Part shown: positions 41,225-53,622 of the stretch, piece by piece | Numbering within the stretch: the first letter of the stretch is position 1 | How the letters are laid out: every line of letters begins with the position of its first letter | DNA from: Octopus vulgaris | Taxonomy: Eukaryota | Assembly: GCA_951406725.2 (NCBI GenBank) | Contig: OX597833.1 | Location: forward strand, 63,736,001 to 63,800,000 | DNA: 64,000 nt | Direction of reading: 5' to 3' | Program-made: the position numbers and the translations under genes | The notes under the pieces: generated by a model | The model's database searches: none | What the model saw: the letters and a program-made list of their open reading frames with translations, nothing else | What the model was told of the DNA's origin: nothing

Positions 41225-41276
<52 letters not shown>

Positions 41277-41278
<2 letters not shown>

Positions 41279-41464
41279 AGATCGTTAGCTCCTACACGCA
41301 CTTGTTTCTCTCCTTGTTTTTTTCTGTGTATCCTTCTGTCGAAGAGCGTAGGCTCGAAACGTAAAATACTTTTTCTATTTCTATTCCTGAGCGCTATACT
41401 AATACAATTGTTTGTTTGTACTCCACCTGCCTTCGTCTTTTGTTTATTTTCGTAAACCTTCCCG

Positions 41465-41468
<4 letters not shown>
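41277..41468 (+). mobile_element. Solo pLTR-like unit between (TA)n tracts with a variant hammerhead (41333-41366)
   Basis: CUGUCGA-A-GAGC(GUAG)GCUC-GAAA-CG-UA; homologous unit at 45500-45680. Confidence 0.6.
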
Positions 41469-41506
<38 letters not shown>

Positions 41507-41580
41507 CTCTTTCTATATATATAGATACATATATACATACATACACACACATATATACATGCATACATACATACATACAT

Positions 41581-41653
<73 letters not shown>

Positions 41654-41940
41654 CATATACAAAATAAGAAAATGGAGAAATACATCGAAATCAAATATCA
41701 ATTACCAGATAATACTTAATCACATACTTTATTAAACCGCCACATAAGAAACTATAAGGTTAAACTATATTATGTATTATGAATTTGTGGTAAATCACTT
41801 TACCTTTGCCCATATAATACACTAAATGAAATAATTGCATCGCAATTCTTAACAATAATGTATTAACTTTGTATTAACTGGCAGTATATTGGATATATAT
41901 TATCCCATGGAGGGTTGAATTTACAACCCCTATCTCAATT

Positions 41941-41994
<54 letters not shown>

Positions 41995-42822
41995 TATATA
42001 GGTATATGTGTGTGCGCGTGTTTGTGCGTGTACGCGCGTTTGCCTATTTCAATATGTTATTCAAAGAGATTGATATTCCGCTTTCATTTCACATACTTTC
42101 ATCCCTTTTCGTCCTTCTTTAAAGTGCTTTCCCATCTTCCATTGTCTCCTAATTTCTTTCTTTCTTTCTTCCCCTCTCTCTTTCTCTCTTTCTTCCTTCC
42201 TTCCTTCCTTCCTTTCTTTCTTTCTTTCTTTCTTTCTTTTTTTCTTTCTTTCTTTCTCTGTTTCACTCTTTTGAATGTTTTTATCTAACCGAAGCTACTG
42301 ATAGCATTCACCAAATTTCACTCGTTAGATAACGACATAAACGGATTTCGGAACATGTGGTCTCTGTGATTCTTTAATTAATCATAGATAAAATCGCCAA
42401 CTGGTGCCTAAACGTATCATATTCCCAAATCAAGAACTCTCTCTCGCCCTCCCCCATACACACACACATATACATATATGTATATATGTTGATACATTTT
42501 CCGTAAATCCTCGTGTGATGCAAATAGACACATCATGACTGATATTTCCTTTGGTCATTAAGTGATTCAGATCTTTTATCATCCGACATCCTCATCCCAG
42601 TGATTCATCCAGGATGGATGTATCCTCGGCTTGCATCCCATATCGCACCAACAATGGAAACACTAACCCTTCCATGACTCGCTACTTCTGATCCACAGTC
42701 ATCTTGAGGGGACCACCGTGGTCTCCACAACCAACGTTACGGCCCTTACGTGAAAGACAAACACTGACAGAGAGAGAGAGATAGTAGACAATAGAGACCG
42801 AATAATGAAGACACAGACAACT

Positions 42823-42860
<38 letters not shown>

Positions 42861-42929
42861 TAATAGAAAGAAATAAAAAGCGCGCATGTGTAAGAGAGAA
42901 GTTGGTAGGAAACAATAGAGACAGAAGCG

Positions 42930-43185
42930 CTATCAGAGAGAGAGAGAGAGAGAGAATGTAACAGAGGGAAACAGACAATGCATGAGAGTGAGAAAGAAGG
43001 AAAGGAAGAAAGAGTTAGAGACACAGAGAGGGAAAGATGGAGAGGCAGAGCGAAAGAGAGAGAGAGAGAGAGAATGTAACAGAGGGAAACAGAGAATGCG
43101 TGAGAGGGAGAAAGATGGAAAGGAAGAAAGAGATAGAGATAGAGAGAGAGAGGGAAAGATGGAGTGAAAGAAAGAGCGAAAGAGA

Positions 43186-43219
<34 letters not shown>

Positions 43220-43462
43220 ATGTAACAGAGGGAAACAGACAATGCATGAAAGGGAGAAAGAAGGAAAGAAAGAAAAAGTTAGAGACAGAGAGAGGGAAAG
43301 ACGGAGAGGCAGAGCGAAAGAGAGAGAGAGAGAGAATGTAACAGAGGGAAACAGAGAATGCGTGAGAGGGAGAAAGAAGGAAAGGAAGAAAGAGATAGAG
43401 ATAGAGAGAGAGGGGGAAAGATGGAGTGAAAGAAAGAGCGAAAGAGAGAGAGAGAGAGAGAG
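42930..43462. repeat. Purine-rich minisatellite, four subunits in A-B-A-B order
   Basis: gagaatgtaacagagggaaacag recurs at ~42952, 43070, 43216 and 43332. Confidence 0.9.
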
Positions 43463-43882
43463 GATGATTGCTTATTTATTGATTGATTCTAGAAAGATGT
43501 TGGGAAAAATTCGATCTGGTCAGGATTCGAACTCGGAATGCAAAGAGCGGGAACAGTTGGTGCAAAACATTTTATTTGTCCGACGATCGTCCAACAAATA
43601 TGTGTTAATTGTATGCTTCGAAACTCAATAACACTTCCATACTTGCACAAACAAAAAAAATCATTAACATCAAATTCGTTTCCATTCAACCAGTTTTAAT
43701 TATGACGCTCATGCTTTTCCATATGCAATAATCACATATTGATTAATAGAAATCTTTTAACTGGTGAAAACTCTAAAGAAAGACGCAAACACAAAACACA
43801 AAATATACAAAATAAACCTGGTAATACAACGAATAAATAACGAAGCTTTTGTACAGACAATTCACCAAAATGATGGGGAAAG

Positions 43883-43911
43883 CAATAACAACAAGAACAA
43901 CAACAATAATA

Positions 43912-43949
<38 letters not shown>

Positions 43950-43954
43950 TAATG

Positions 43955-43991
<37 letters not shown>

Positions 43992-43996
43992 TAATG

Positions 43997-44033
<37 letters not shown>

Positions 44034-44134
44034 TAATAATGATAATAATAATAATAATAATAATGATAATAATAATAATAATGATAATAATAATGATAAT
44101 AATAATAATAATGATAATAATAATAATGATAATA

Positions 44135-44177
<43 letters not shown>

Positions 44178-44293
44178 TAATAATAATAATAATGATAATA
44201 ATAATAATAATAACAATAATGATAATAATAGTAATAATAATAATAATAATAATAATGATGATAATAATAATAATAATTATGATAATAATGATG

Positions 44294-44324
<31 letters not shown>

Positions 44325-44503
44325 TAATAATAATAATAGTAATAATAATAACGATAATAATAATAACAATAACAATAATAATAATGATGATAATAATAAT
44401 AATAATAACAACAACAACAACAACAATAATAATATTAATAATAATAATAATAATAATAACGATAATAATAAAGATGATGATGATGATGATGATGATAATA
44501 ATA

Positions 44504-44535
<32 letters not shown>

Positions 44536-44542
44536 AATAATA
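43883..44542. repeat. (AAT/GAT)n array
   Basis: Direct reading. Confidence 0.97.
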
Positions 44543-45329
44543 TACGAAAATAGAGATCCTATTTTTCCTCTCTGCAGGCTATATAACAGACACGAATTAT
44601 ATAACTTTAAAGGTAATTGAATAGTCGGCATCCGATTACATACATGGCAGTTTATGTAGCAAAAGAAGAAAAATATAATTGTGACGGTTTTGAAAACATG
44701 GAAAAATTGTAATTTGAATATGTTTGACAAGCACTTGGGAAAATATTGGAAACTTGTAAAGAATATAGAGTTTTAACAAACATTCTCAGGTCGGGTTACA
44801 CGTTACTTTACTTTCCTTTCCTTAGACATTCAAGCATACGGCATGGCTCTTGCTAATTTTTGGAATACTGTCTAGATTTACATTCATTCTTACATATATA
44901 CACACATACACTCTTTCACATACGCTGACACAAATACACATACACACGCGCACGCTCGAGCACGCTCGAGCACGCTCACACGCACACACACCGGTCTGTC
45001 TTACCTCGGCTCTCGCACATCTATATTCTCACACAAGCACGCGCAGTAAAGAAAAAGGTAGGTTCAATTCTAAAGAGACAGCAGGATTTCAATGATTTCA
45101 TTGGTTGGCATGGATCACGTGACGTGAGTCATATATTAAGAGCGGTAATTTTCAACCGATAAAAAAAAGTCAGATGTTTTTCCCTTAGGGGAGATAACTA
45201 CCCATGACTTGATTGTGTCACTGACAGTTATCTCTCTTTAAAAAATATGTTCTTTCTCAGCAACGAAGCCGTGAAATCTCGTCGCCATTTTGTACCCGAA
45301 CAAGTATATATTTTTAATTCGCCATGCTG

Positions 45330-45407
45330 GACGAGTTTCGTTGGGGATGCAAATCCTCATATTCGTATATACGACTATGAGGATTTGCAACCCCAACGAA
45401 ACTCGTC
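45330..45407. repeat. 78-bp loopless palindrome
   Basis: gacgagtttcgttggggatgcaaatcctcatattcgtat|atacgactatgaggatttgcaaccccaacgaaactcgtc, 2 mismatches. Confidence 0.93.
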
Positions 45408-45499
45408 TTTTACCCAAACTTATAATGTAATACATGTCTTTGGTGTGGTAAATGTACGCGGCTGAGGAAGGCTATTGACAGATATTGATCCACAGGCCT

Positions 45500-45680
45500 T
45501 TTTCATTCGCTCTGTGTTTATATTCTCGTATTCCTTTCTGTCAAAGAGCGTAGGCTCGAAATGTAATAGACGCTTTCATTTTCCCGAGCGTTAAACTAAT
45601 ACACTTGCTTGTTGTTCATACACCTGTCTTCGTCTTTTGTTTTTCTATAAATTTCAACTACATATTTTAAAATCTATATA
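45500..45680 (+). mobile_element. Second, more decayed copy of the 41277 pLTR-like unit
   Basis: ctgtcaaagagcgtaggctcgaaatgta..gagcgttaaactaatac..cacctgtcttcgtcttttg. Confidence 0.65.
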
Positions 45681-45756
45681 TAGTTAGCCTTGTAGGTTGT
45701 GCACAGAGGAAACTTCATGTTATTTCAGAATATATCGTAAGAAGAAATAGAATTAT

Positions 45757-45965
45757 ACAGTGTCCGTTAAGTCTGGATAAGAACGCAAAATTAAACAATA
45801 TTTTTTAGTAATTTTTATCAAATGCGTAAATGAATAACTTTTTCAACATGGATTCCAACATTTCTGATGCATATTGCGATGGGCTTTGCGAGATTCTCAT
45901 GAACGTGATGCAGTGACTCCATATTTCGGTGAGTTTGAGCCCATTCATTCATAAAGCGTTCCTTC
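45757..45965 (-). mobile_element. 3' end of a Tc1/mariner-superfamily transposon
   Basis: TA|cagtgtccg terminus; minus-strand peptide ERFMNEWAQ..LHHVHENLAKPIAICIRNVGIHVEK fits the C-terminal ..R...CI...G.HVE motif. Confidence 0.55.
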
Positions 45966-46112
45966 ACGGGATTCATATTCCTTTATTTTTTCATTCTTTT
46001 ATTCGTTTATTTGCTTCAGTCGTTTGACTGCGGCCTTGCTGGAGCAACGCCTTTCAATCGAATAAATCGACCTCAGCACTTATTCTTTGTAAGCCTAGTA
46101 CTTATTCTATCG

Positions 46113-46925
46113 GCAGCAGCAGTAGCACTACCACCACCACCACCACCATTACCACCACCACCACCACTACCACCACCACCACCATCACCATCACCATCAC
46201 CATCACCATCATCACCACTATCCCAATCACTTCCAACACCTCCGCAACCACAACCACCAATGCCACTCCCACCACTACCACCACTACGAGCTGCAGCAAC
46301 GGCAGCAGCAGCAGCAGCAGCACCACCACCACCACCACCACCACCACCACCCACCACCACCACCACCACTACCACCACCACCACTACTACTACCACCACC
46401 ACCACCACTGCGCTCGAACCACTACGAAACTCTCCTCACGTCAACGCGACAACCATTCAAATTGAGCCACATCTACAGCTACCACCATCTCCAAATGTGA
46501 CCATCACCACAGCTAACTTTTCCCATACACAAACATCGACGCCGACACTGCGTTCACTGTGAAAATCACTTCAAAAATAAATCCACCATCAACCCGATCG
46601 TGACCACCACTACAAACACCAATAACACCGCCTCCACCACCATTCCACCAACATCAGTAAAACTGCGTCCACCACCAAAGGCACCACCTGAAAAACGAAC
46701 AAACCATTTCATATCTAAAAGCACCCCAACCCAGCCGTGACTACCACCACTACAAACACCAACATCACCACCTCCAACGCCAGCCCCACCATAACAACAA
46801 GCAAACCACCTCATATCTGAAACCACCAACACCACCACTACCACCACCCCACATCGTGACCACGACGACGACCACCACCACCACCACGACCACCACCACC
46901 GCTTCCGCCGCCGCCACAACTACAA
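46113..46925. repeat. Degenerate (CCA)n-rich array with ~120-130-bp subrepeats
   Basis: cgtgaccaccactacaaacacc-like motif at ~46599, 46736 and 46855. Confidence 0.85.
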
Positions 46926-47029
46926 TTACTACACTAATTACAATCTGTAATCAAAGACCATATAAATCATGTGTTAATTACCATATGATCAAAACCAGAC
47001 TGAGACAAGTTAGAGATCAACCAGATTGG

Positions 47030-47835
47030 GTGCGTGTGTGTGTATGTGTGTGTGAGTGTGTGTGTATGTGTGTGTGAATGTGTGTGTGTATGTGTGTGTA
47101 TGCGTGTGTGTATGTGTGTGTGCATGTGTGTGAATGTGTGTGCATATGTGTATGTATATGTGTGTGTATGTGTGTATGTGTGTGCATGTGAGTGTGTATG
47201 TGTGTATGTATGTGTGTGTGTGTATGTCTGTGAATGTGTGTGTATGTGTGTGTATGTCTGTTTGTATATGTGTGTATGTGAACGTGTATATGTGTGAATG
47301 TGTGTGTGTATGTATGAATGTGTGTGCATGTGTGTATATATGTGTGTGTATGTATGTGTACGTGTGTGAATGTGCGTGTATGTGTGTGTATATGTGTGTC
47401 TATGTTTGCGTGAATGTGTGTGTGTGTGTACGTGTGTGAATGTGTGTGTATGTGTATATGGATGTCTGTATGTGTGTCAATGTGTGTATGTGTGTGTGTA
47501 TGTGTATATGTGTGCATGCTCATATATGTGTGTGTGCATATATATGTGAGTGCGTATGCAATTGTATGAGTATTTGCATGTGTGTAACTATATATATATA
47601 TGTTGTTATATGCCTTACCTTGTACATATACCGGTGTGTACACACGGAGTGATGAGTGTACAGATGTGTGTATCCGCCCTTGTGTGTGTTTACGTGTGTA
47701 TGTGTGTGCAAGTGTGTCTTTTATTGCATGCGGTTGTGTGTGTGTGTGTGTAAGTATGTATGTATAGATGAATGTGTATATATGTGGATGTGTCTGTACG
47801 CATGATTATGTAAATGTATATGCATAAGTGTGTAC
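47030..47835. repeat. Degenerate (TG/TATG)n tract
   Basis: Direct reading. Confidence 0.95.
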
Positions 47836-47838
47836 GTA

Positions 47839-48563
47839 CGAAGTCTGATGAATAAGTATCCGGACTGTATCCCTAGTAACGAAGCTAAAGCATGCAAAGT
47901 GAAGCTGATTGGTATAAACTGACCTTAAACTCTGCCGTGCATGCGCACAAAGTTTTAGCGTTCTAGTTCACTTCCGCTGTTTATAGCAGTGCTTGGAAGG
48001 AAGGTGTGTAGCGTGTGGTCGTCGTATTATGCATGACAGAGAACGTTGTCATGGTGATACCTGCTCAGAGGCTTACGCAAAGTTGTAGAAAGTGTATGGG
48101 GAGGAGTTATGAGCCGCACACAAGAGTACGAGTGGTTCAGACGTTTCCAAGGTAACCGAAAAAATGTCGATATTTACGAACATTCTGGGAGACCAGCAGA
48201 ACTGGGAAAAGACATCGCAGAAGTGCGTGCATCTGCGAGGGAAAACCGTTGAATCATCATCCGTGAGTTATCAGAGGATGTGCAGATTAGGTACGGTTTA
48301 GTTCAGCGCATTATCAGTGAAGATTTGGGTATGAGACGCATGTCTGCCAAGTTTGTGCCAAAACTGCTTTCAGCTGACCAAAAAGACACTCGGGTTTCAG
48401 TCGCACAAGATCTCTTTGATTGTGTTGAGAACGATGAGAACGTTTTGAAAACTTTGCGTAGGCTTCTGAGCAGGTATTGCCAAGCTTTGGTAAAATTTGA
48501 TACAGATTCTCCGCTCAACTTTCTCCGTTATAGTTAACGCGACGTTCACACGCTACACACCTT
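47839..48563 (+). mobile_element. Decayed mariner element with an inverted copy of its 5' region
   Basis: TA|cgaagtctgatgaataagtatccggac TIR; YEWFRRF and LGMRRMSAKFVPKLLSADQK peptides; 48450-48563 is inverted relative to ~48001-48086. Confidence 0.88.
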
Positions 48564-49169
48564 AGTTCAGGTTGACGTACTTTCATGAAACAACTGTAGT
48601 CTTATAAATAGAAAATACAGGCTTCAGAATAGATATAGTTAATATAAGATTTAATTTTTAGCATTTTATGGAGTGGTGGGTATAAAACCTTTCAGTATTG
48701 ACTGAGTTGTAGGTAGTTCTGTCTCTAAAATTACATGGAGTGTTGGAGAATCGAACCCAGAACCATGTGCTTGCAAAGTGAAATCCTACCCACAGCGATA
48801 TAATTTTCCATACATTACAATCGAGATATTGGTGTGATGTGTGGCAAAGATTATTGTTATTGCTTTTATTGTCGTTTTTGTTGTAGCCAGTCTTCCACCT
48901 GGTTAATCTGATCTACAAAGCTTTCCTGCTGTGACCATCCCTCCTTATTTGTTTAGGCATAGTGTATCTGAGATTATGCTAGATTAAATTACTCTTCTCT
49001 GTGATGCAAGTATTACGATGATCGTCATGATTATGTTCGCCTTCTCTTATATTATGATCTAATATTGTTTCACGCTTCAACAGGAATGTCCATGACTGTG
49101 GAAAGGGTTAACGAGGCGGATGGAGTGAATGAGGGAGGGAAGGAGAGATGGATGGAGGGAGTGATGGAG

Positions 49170-49270
49170 GGAGGGAGAATATTATCCTTTAACCAGGGAC
49201 CTGACAAAATGGTAGCGAAATGGAGGGAGAATGTTATCCTTTAACCAAAGACCTGACAAAATGCTAGCAA
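49170..49270. repeat. 52-bp tandem duplication
   Basis: ggagggagaat.ttatcctttaacca..gacctgacaaaatg.tagc twice. Confidence 0.9.
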
Positions 49271-50149
49271 CACAGTACACTGTATTGAAGGTATCCAAGC
49301 AACACCAGGCAGCGCAGTTAAACCGGGCGACGTTCATGTAAGCCACGGCTGGGGTTTTGAACTCAGACAGTAAAAAAGAATAAATTCCTTCAAAAGAAAT
49401 ACACCCAGATACCTTGTAGGATGCTGTAACGATCTTGCCAGTTCGTTGTCCTTGCCAGCTAATTTAGTTATCAATCCTAGCCTGATGAAAATCAAAGTTG
49501 ATTTTAGAGAGATTTGAACTGAGGACATAAGCATCCGGAATATATGCTGCAAGGCATTTCGTTCGCTGTTCTAACGAATGTGTCGATTAATCTCCTCGGA
49601 ATAAAATCACTAATTAAACTCACATCCTGGCACTACTCAAGACATTTCATGAACATAGAGGAAGCTACTTGTTTCAATGTCAGGAAGTAATAACAAAGAC
49701 TATACTTCCGCTGTTGAACCATTCTAGTTTGTCTCCCTTGATTGCTCGAACAAAGAATTGTTTCCGGATCTCATATTTTCTTAATCACTGCGTCTAACTC
49801 TACAGTTATTATTGAAAATAGTGTAAAAACGATCAAATCCACATTTCTAATGCTTTCTTTTCAATTATATCCGGTCGACCAATTAAATATTAAAGTTATT
49901 GGCGTCTTAGTCTAGTAGCGTAAAATTTACGTGTTTTTATTTATGGTTATTAAAGGTTATCTATGGTTATAACCCAATAAGATATTTGCACTTTGATCGT
50001 TTCTGGATTTTCTCCGTGAGGTATTTCGTTTAGAAGGGATTAAGATGTCTAGTAGAGGTGAGAGGTCTTTTATTGCTTAACTTTGCTTATTGCGCATTTG
50101 AAGCCTTTGTCAGTTTGGGAAGCCATATCTCAGAGAATCGTAACTATTG

Positions 50150-50300
50150 TTGCATTTAAAATTCAATGTGTATTTCCAGCGTTTAGATGTCGTAGAACCT
50201 GCATATCAGACAATGGACATAATAGGCCATAACTGTTCATAATTGTGGGCATTCATTATTGTGCTATGTTCTTGGTGATGTAGAGAACCCTTGTCAGCGC
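50150..50300 (-). pseudogene. Possible very old PLE RT N-terminal remnant
   Basis: Minus-strand GFSTSPRT*HNNECP / LWPIMSI..AGSTTSK resembles the PLE FYGLPK.HK..P.RPI.S..GS.T motif. Confidence 0.3.
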
Positions 50301-50613
50301 TGACGAAGCAGACCTACGAACAAAGTGTTTACCGACACGACCATTCTAATTTTATTTAAAGCTATTTCTAGTTCTACATTACCTAACGTGTCCATTACTT
50401 TCTTTTTGAATCCTTTGAGGTCTGATTTAAAAGACATTTGTCTGCTACTTCTTGTAGGCCATACAACAACGTATATACTCTCCCCTCTATTAGCTCTGAT
50501 ACAACTATCTGTCTGTCTGTCTATACGCTTGTCTGTCTGTATTTCAATATATATATATATATATCTAAATCTAAATCTATCAATCTCTCTCTCTCACTCT
50601 CTCTTTCTCTCTC

Positions 50614-50689
<76 letters not shown>

Positions 50690-50694
50690 CATAT

Positions 50695-50808
50695 GTAGAC
50701 GAAAGCTTGGCAAGGTGGTAAGAACCTTGCTTCCCAGCCGCTTGGTTCTGGATTCACTCCCATCCGAGCAAAGCGGAGTTGGTAGATGAAAACCGAAAGA
50801 GGCCTGTC

Positions 50809-50851
<43 letters not shown>

Positions 50852-51003
50852 CATATATATATAGATATATACATATATACATATTATACATATATATATA
50901 TATGTGTGTGTGTGTGTGTAGGGATCAAAGCAGTTTGATACAATTTCGTTGGTACTCTTCAGTTTCAAGCGCGATGCTAGTCGCCAGCCCTTTTGTCCAC
51001 TCA

Positions 51004-51093
<90 letters not shown>

Positions 51094-51315
51094 TGTATGT
51101 ATGTATGTATGCATCTGTGTGTGTCTTTGTGTTTGTCCCCACATCACCGCTTGACAACTGGTGTTCGGCAAAAGCGACCGATAGAATAAATACTAGGCCT
51201 ACAAAGAATAAGTCCTGGAGTCGATTTGATTTCGACTAAGGGCGGTGCTCCAGCATGGTCGCAGCCAAATGAATGATTGAAACAAGTAAAAGAGTAAAAA
51301 GAGACTAAAAGAGAG
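50695..51315 (+). mobile_element. SINE family A with expanded internal microsatellite holding an ~85-bp foreign island (50920-51005)
   Basis: Head ggtggtaagaaccttgcttccc; tail ggcggtgctccagcatgg..gtaaaagag. Confidence 0.75.
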
Positions 51316-51417
51316 TATATGTATATATATATATATCTATATATATATCTATATATCATCCAGTGATTACATCATTTCCCGTTCTCCCGTTTAGAAAAAA
51401 GAATATATATGTGTCTA

Positions 51418-51514
<97 letters not shown>

Positions 51515-51769
51515 TTCTTCTAAACGGAGAGAACGGGAAATGATGTAATCACTGGATGATTACTTAACCAACAATTGACATCAATCTTGTTTCTTTGATT
51601 TCCAACTTTTACTTTTGTTATTTTATTTGTCCGTCTCCTCATTGATGTTGTAAAGCTGAAACCAAGCCTTCTTCCGTTTCTACCTTTTGTCCAAAGAATA
51701 GCAGCCATTGTCGCTTTCATATTCGCTTACTTCTTCTCAGCCTCTCTCTTCCTCACTCACTCTTTCTTT

Positions 51770-52222
51770 CTCACTCTTTGTTTCTTTGTTTCTTTGTTTC
51801 TTTGTTTGTTTCTTTCTTTCTATCTCTCACTCTCTCTCTCTCTCTTTCTTTCTTTCTTTTTTTCTTTCTTTCTTTCTTTCTCTCTCTCTCTTTCTTTCTC
51901 TCTCTCTCTATCATCCTTTCTTTCTTTCTTTCTTTCTTTCTCTCTTTCTTTCTCTCTCTCTATCATTCTTTCTTTCTTTCTCTCTATCATTCTTTCTTTC
52001 TTTCTTTCTTTCTATCTCTATCTCTATCTCTATCTCTATCTCTTTCTTTCTCTCTTTCTATCTTTCTTTCTCTCTCTCTCTATCTTTCTTTCTTTCTTTC
52101 TTAATTTCTTCCTCTCTCTCTCTCTATCTTTCTTTCTCTCACTCTCTCTATCTTTCTTTCTTTCTTTCTTTCTTTCGTTCTCTCTATCTCTAACTATCTC
52201 TATCTCTATCTCTTTCTTTCTC

Positions 52223-52277
<55 letters not shown>

Positions 52278-52382
52278 CTCTCTCTCTTTCTTTCTCTCTC
52301 TCTCTATCATTCTTTCTTTCTTTCTTTCTTTCTCTCTTTCTTTCTCTCTCTCTATCATTCTTTCTTTCTTTCTCTCTATCAT

Positions 52383-52413
<31 letters not shown>

Positions 52414-52686
52414 ATCTCTATCTCTATCTCTATCTCTATCTCTTTCTTTCTCTCTTTCTATCTTTCTTTCTCTCTCTCTCTATCTTTCTTTCTTTCTTTC
52501 TTTCTTAATTTCTTCCTCTCTCTCTCTCTATCTTTCTTTCTCTCACTCTCTCTATCTTTCTTTCTTTCTTTCGTTCTCTCTATCTCTAACTATCTCTATC
52601 TCTATCTCTATCTCTATCTCTTTCTTTCTCTCTTTCTTTCCTTCTTTCTTTCTTTCTTTCTCTCTCTCTCTCTCTCTCTCTATCTG

Positions 52687-52737
<51 letters not shown>

Positions 52738-52772
52738 ATCTCTTTCTCTCTATCTCTCTCTTTCTTTCTCTC
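51770..52772. repeat. Polypyrimidine (TTTC/TC/TCTA) tract with ~400-bp tandem duplication
   Basis: The marker ttaatttcttcctctc recurs at 52101 and 52505. Confidence 0.92.
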
Positions 52773-53089
52773 TGTTTAATCTCGGTGTATTTCATACTAT
52801 ATCCTGATATCCGCTTTGATATAAATCTTTTGTTGTTGCTGTTGTTGTTGATTTCTTTTACCTCTTCTAATTTTATTGTTGCCCTTGTTGTTGTTGTTGT
52901 TGTCGTGGTCGTCGTTGTCGTCGTCGTTGTTGTCTTAACCTTTTCTCTCGATGTAATTAGCGTCTACTTTGTAATTTATTACTTTCATATACAAAAAGAC
53001 ATAACTTCATTTTCTTTCATGTTTTCCTATATTATACCACTTATGTCTAAGCACTTCATGAGCCGAAGAGAAAAAGAGAGGGAAAAGAG

Positions 53090-53127
<38 letters not shown>

Positions 53128-53204
53128 GGGAGAGAGAGAATGTCTCTTGACGTCCGAGTAACGTGCTAGAAACAATAGATAAACCTTTTTCAAAGGGCAC
53201 ACAT

Positions 53205-53622
53205 GCCTATTTCTTTACTATCCACAAGGGGCTAAACACAGAGAGGACAACAAGGAAAGACAAACGTATTAAGTCGATTACATCGACTCCAGTGCGCAAC
53301 TGGTACTTAATTAATCGACCCCAAAAGGATGAAAGGCAAAATCAAACCTCGGCGGAATTTGAACTCAGGACGTAGCGGCAGACGAATTACCTATTTCTTT
53401 ACTACTCACAAGGGGCTAAACACAGAGAGGACAAACAAGGACAGACAAACGGATTAAGTCGATTACATCGACCCCAGTGCGTAACTGGTACTTAATTTAT
53501 CGACCCCGAAAGGATGAAAGGCAAAGTCAACCTCGGCGGAATTTGAACTCAGAACGTAGCGATAGACGAAATACCGCTAAGCATTTCGCCCGGCGTGCTA
53601 ACGATTCTGCCAGCTCACCCCC
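53205..53622 (-). mobile_element. SINE family B dimer
   Basis: Same unit and junction as 23970-24390. Confidence 0.9.

Larger units (their letters stand above)
41007..41225. mobile_element. HHR-bearing palindromic mini-element between (TA)n tracts (72-bp perfect arms)
   Basis: 41007-41078 is the exact reverse complement of 41091-41162; the right arm continues ~60 bp to (TA)n. Confidence 0.85.

Noticed and set aside
42600-42750. Minus-strand peptide GRNVGCGDHGGPL resembling the trypsin GDSGGPL motif
   Set aside because: Catalytic Ser is absent, a stop follows shortly, there are no splice signals, and the region could equally be a decayed LINE 3' end.
45247-45465. 72-aa ATG ORF downstream of the promoter-like cluster
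   Set aside because: It runs through the 78-bp palindrome and probable repeat-derived sequence; no recognisable protein features.
50935-50970. CUGAAGA-GU(ACCA)AC-GAAA on minus
   Set aside because: Only a 2-bp stem II and stem I does not pair in register.
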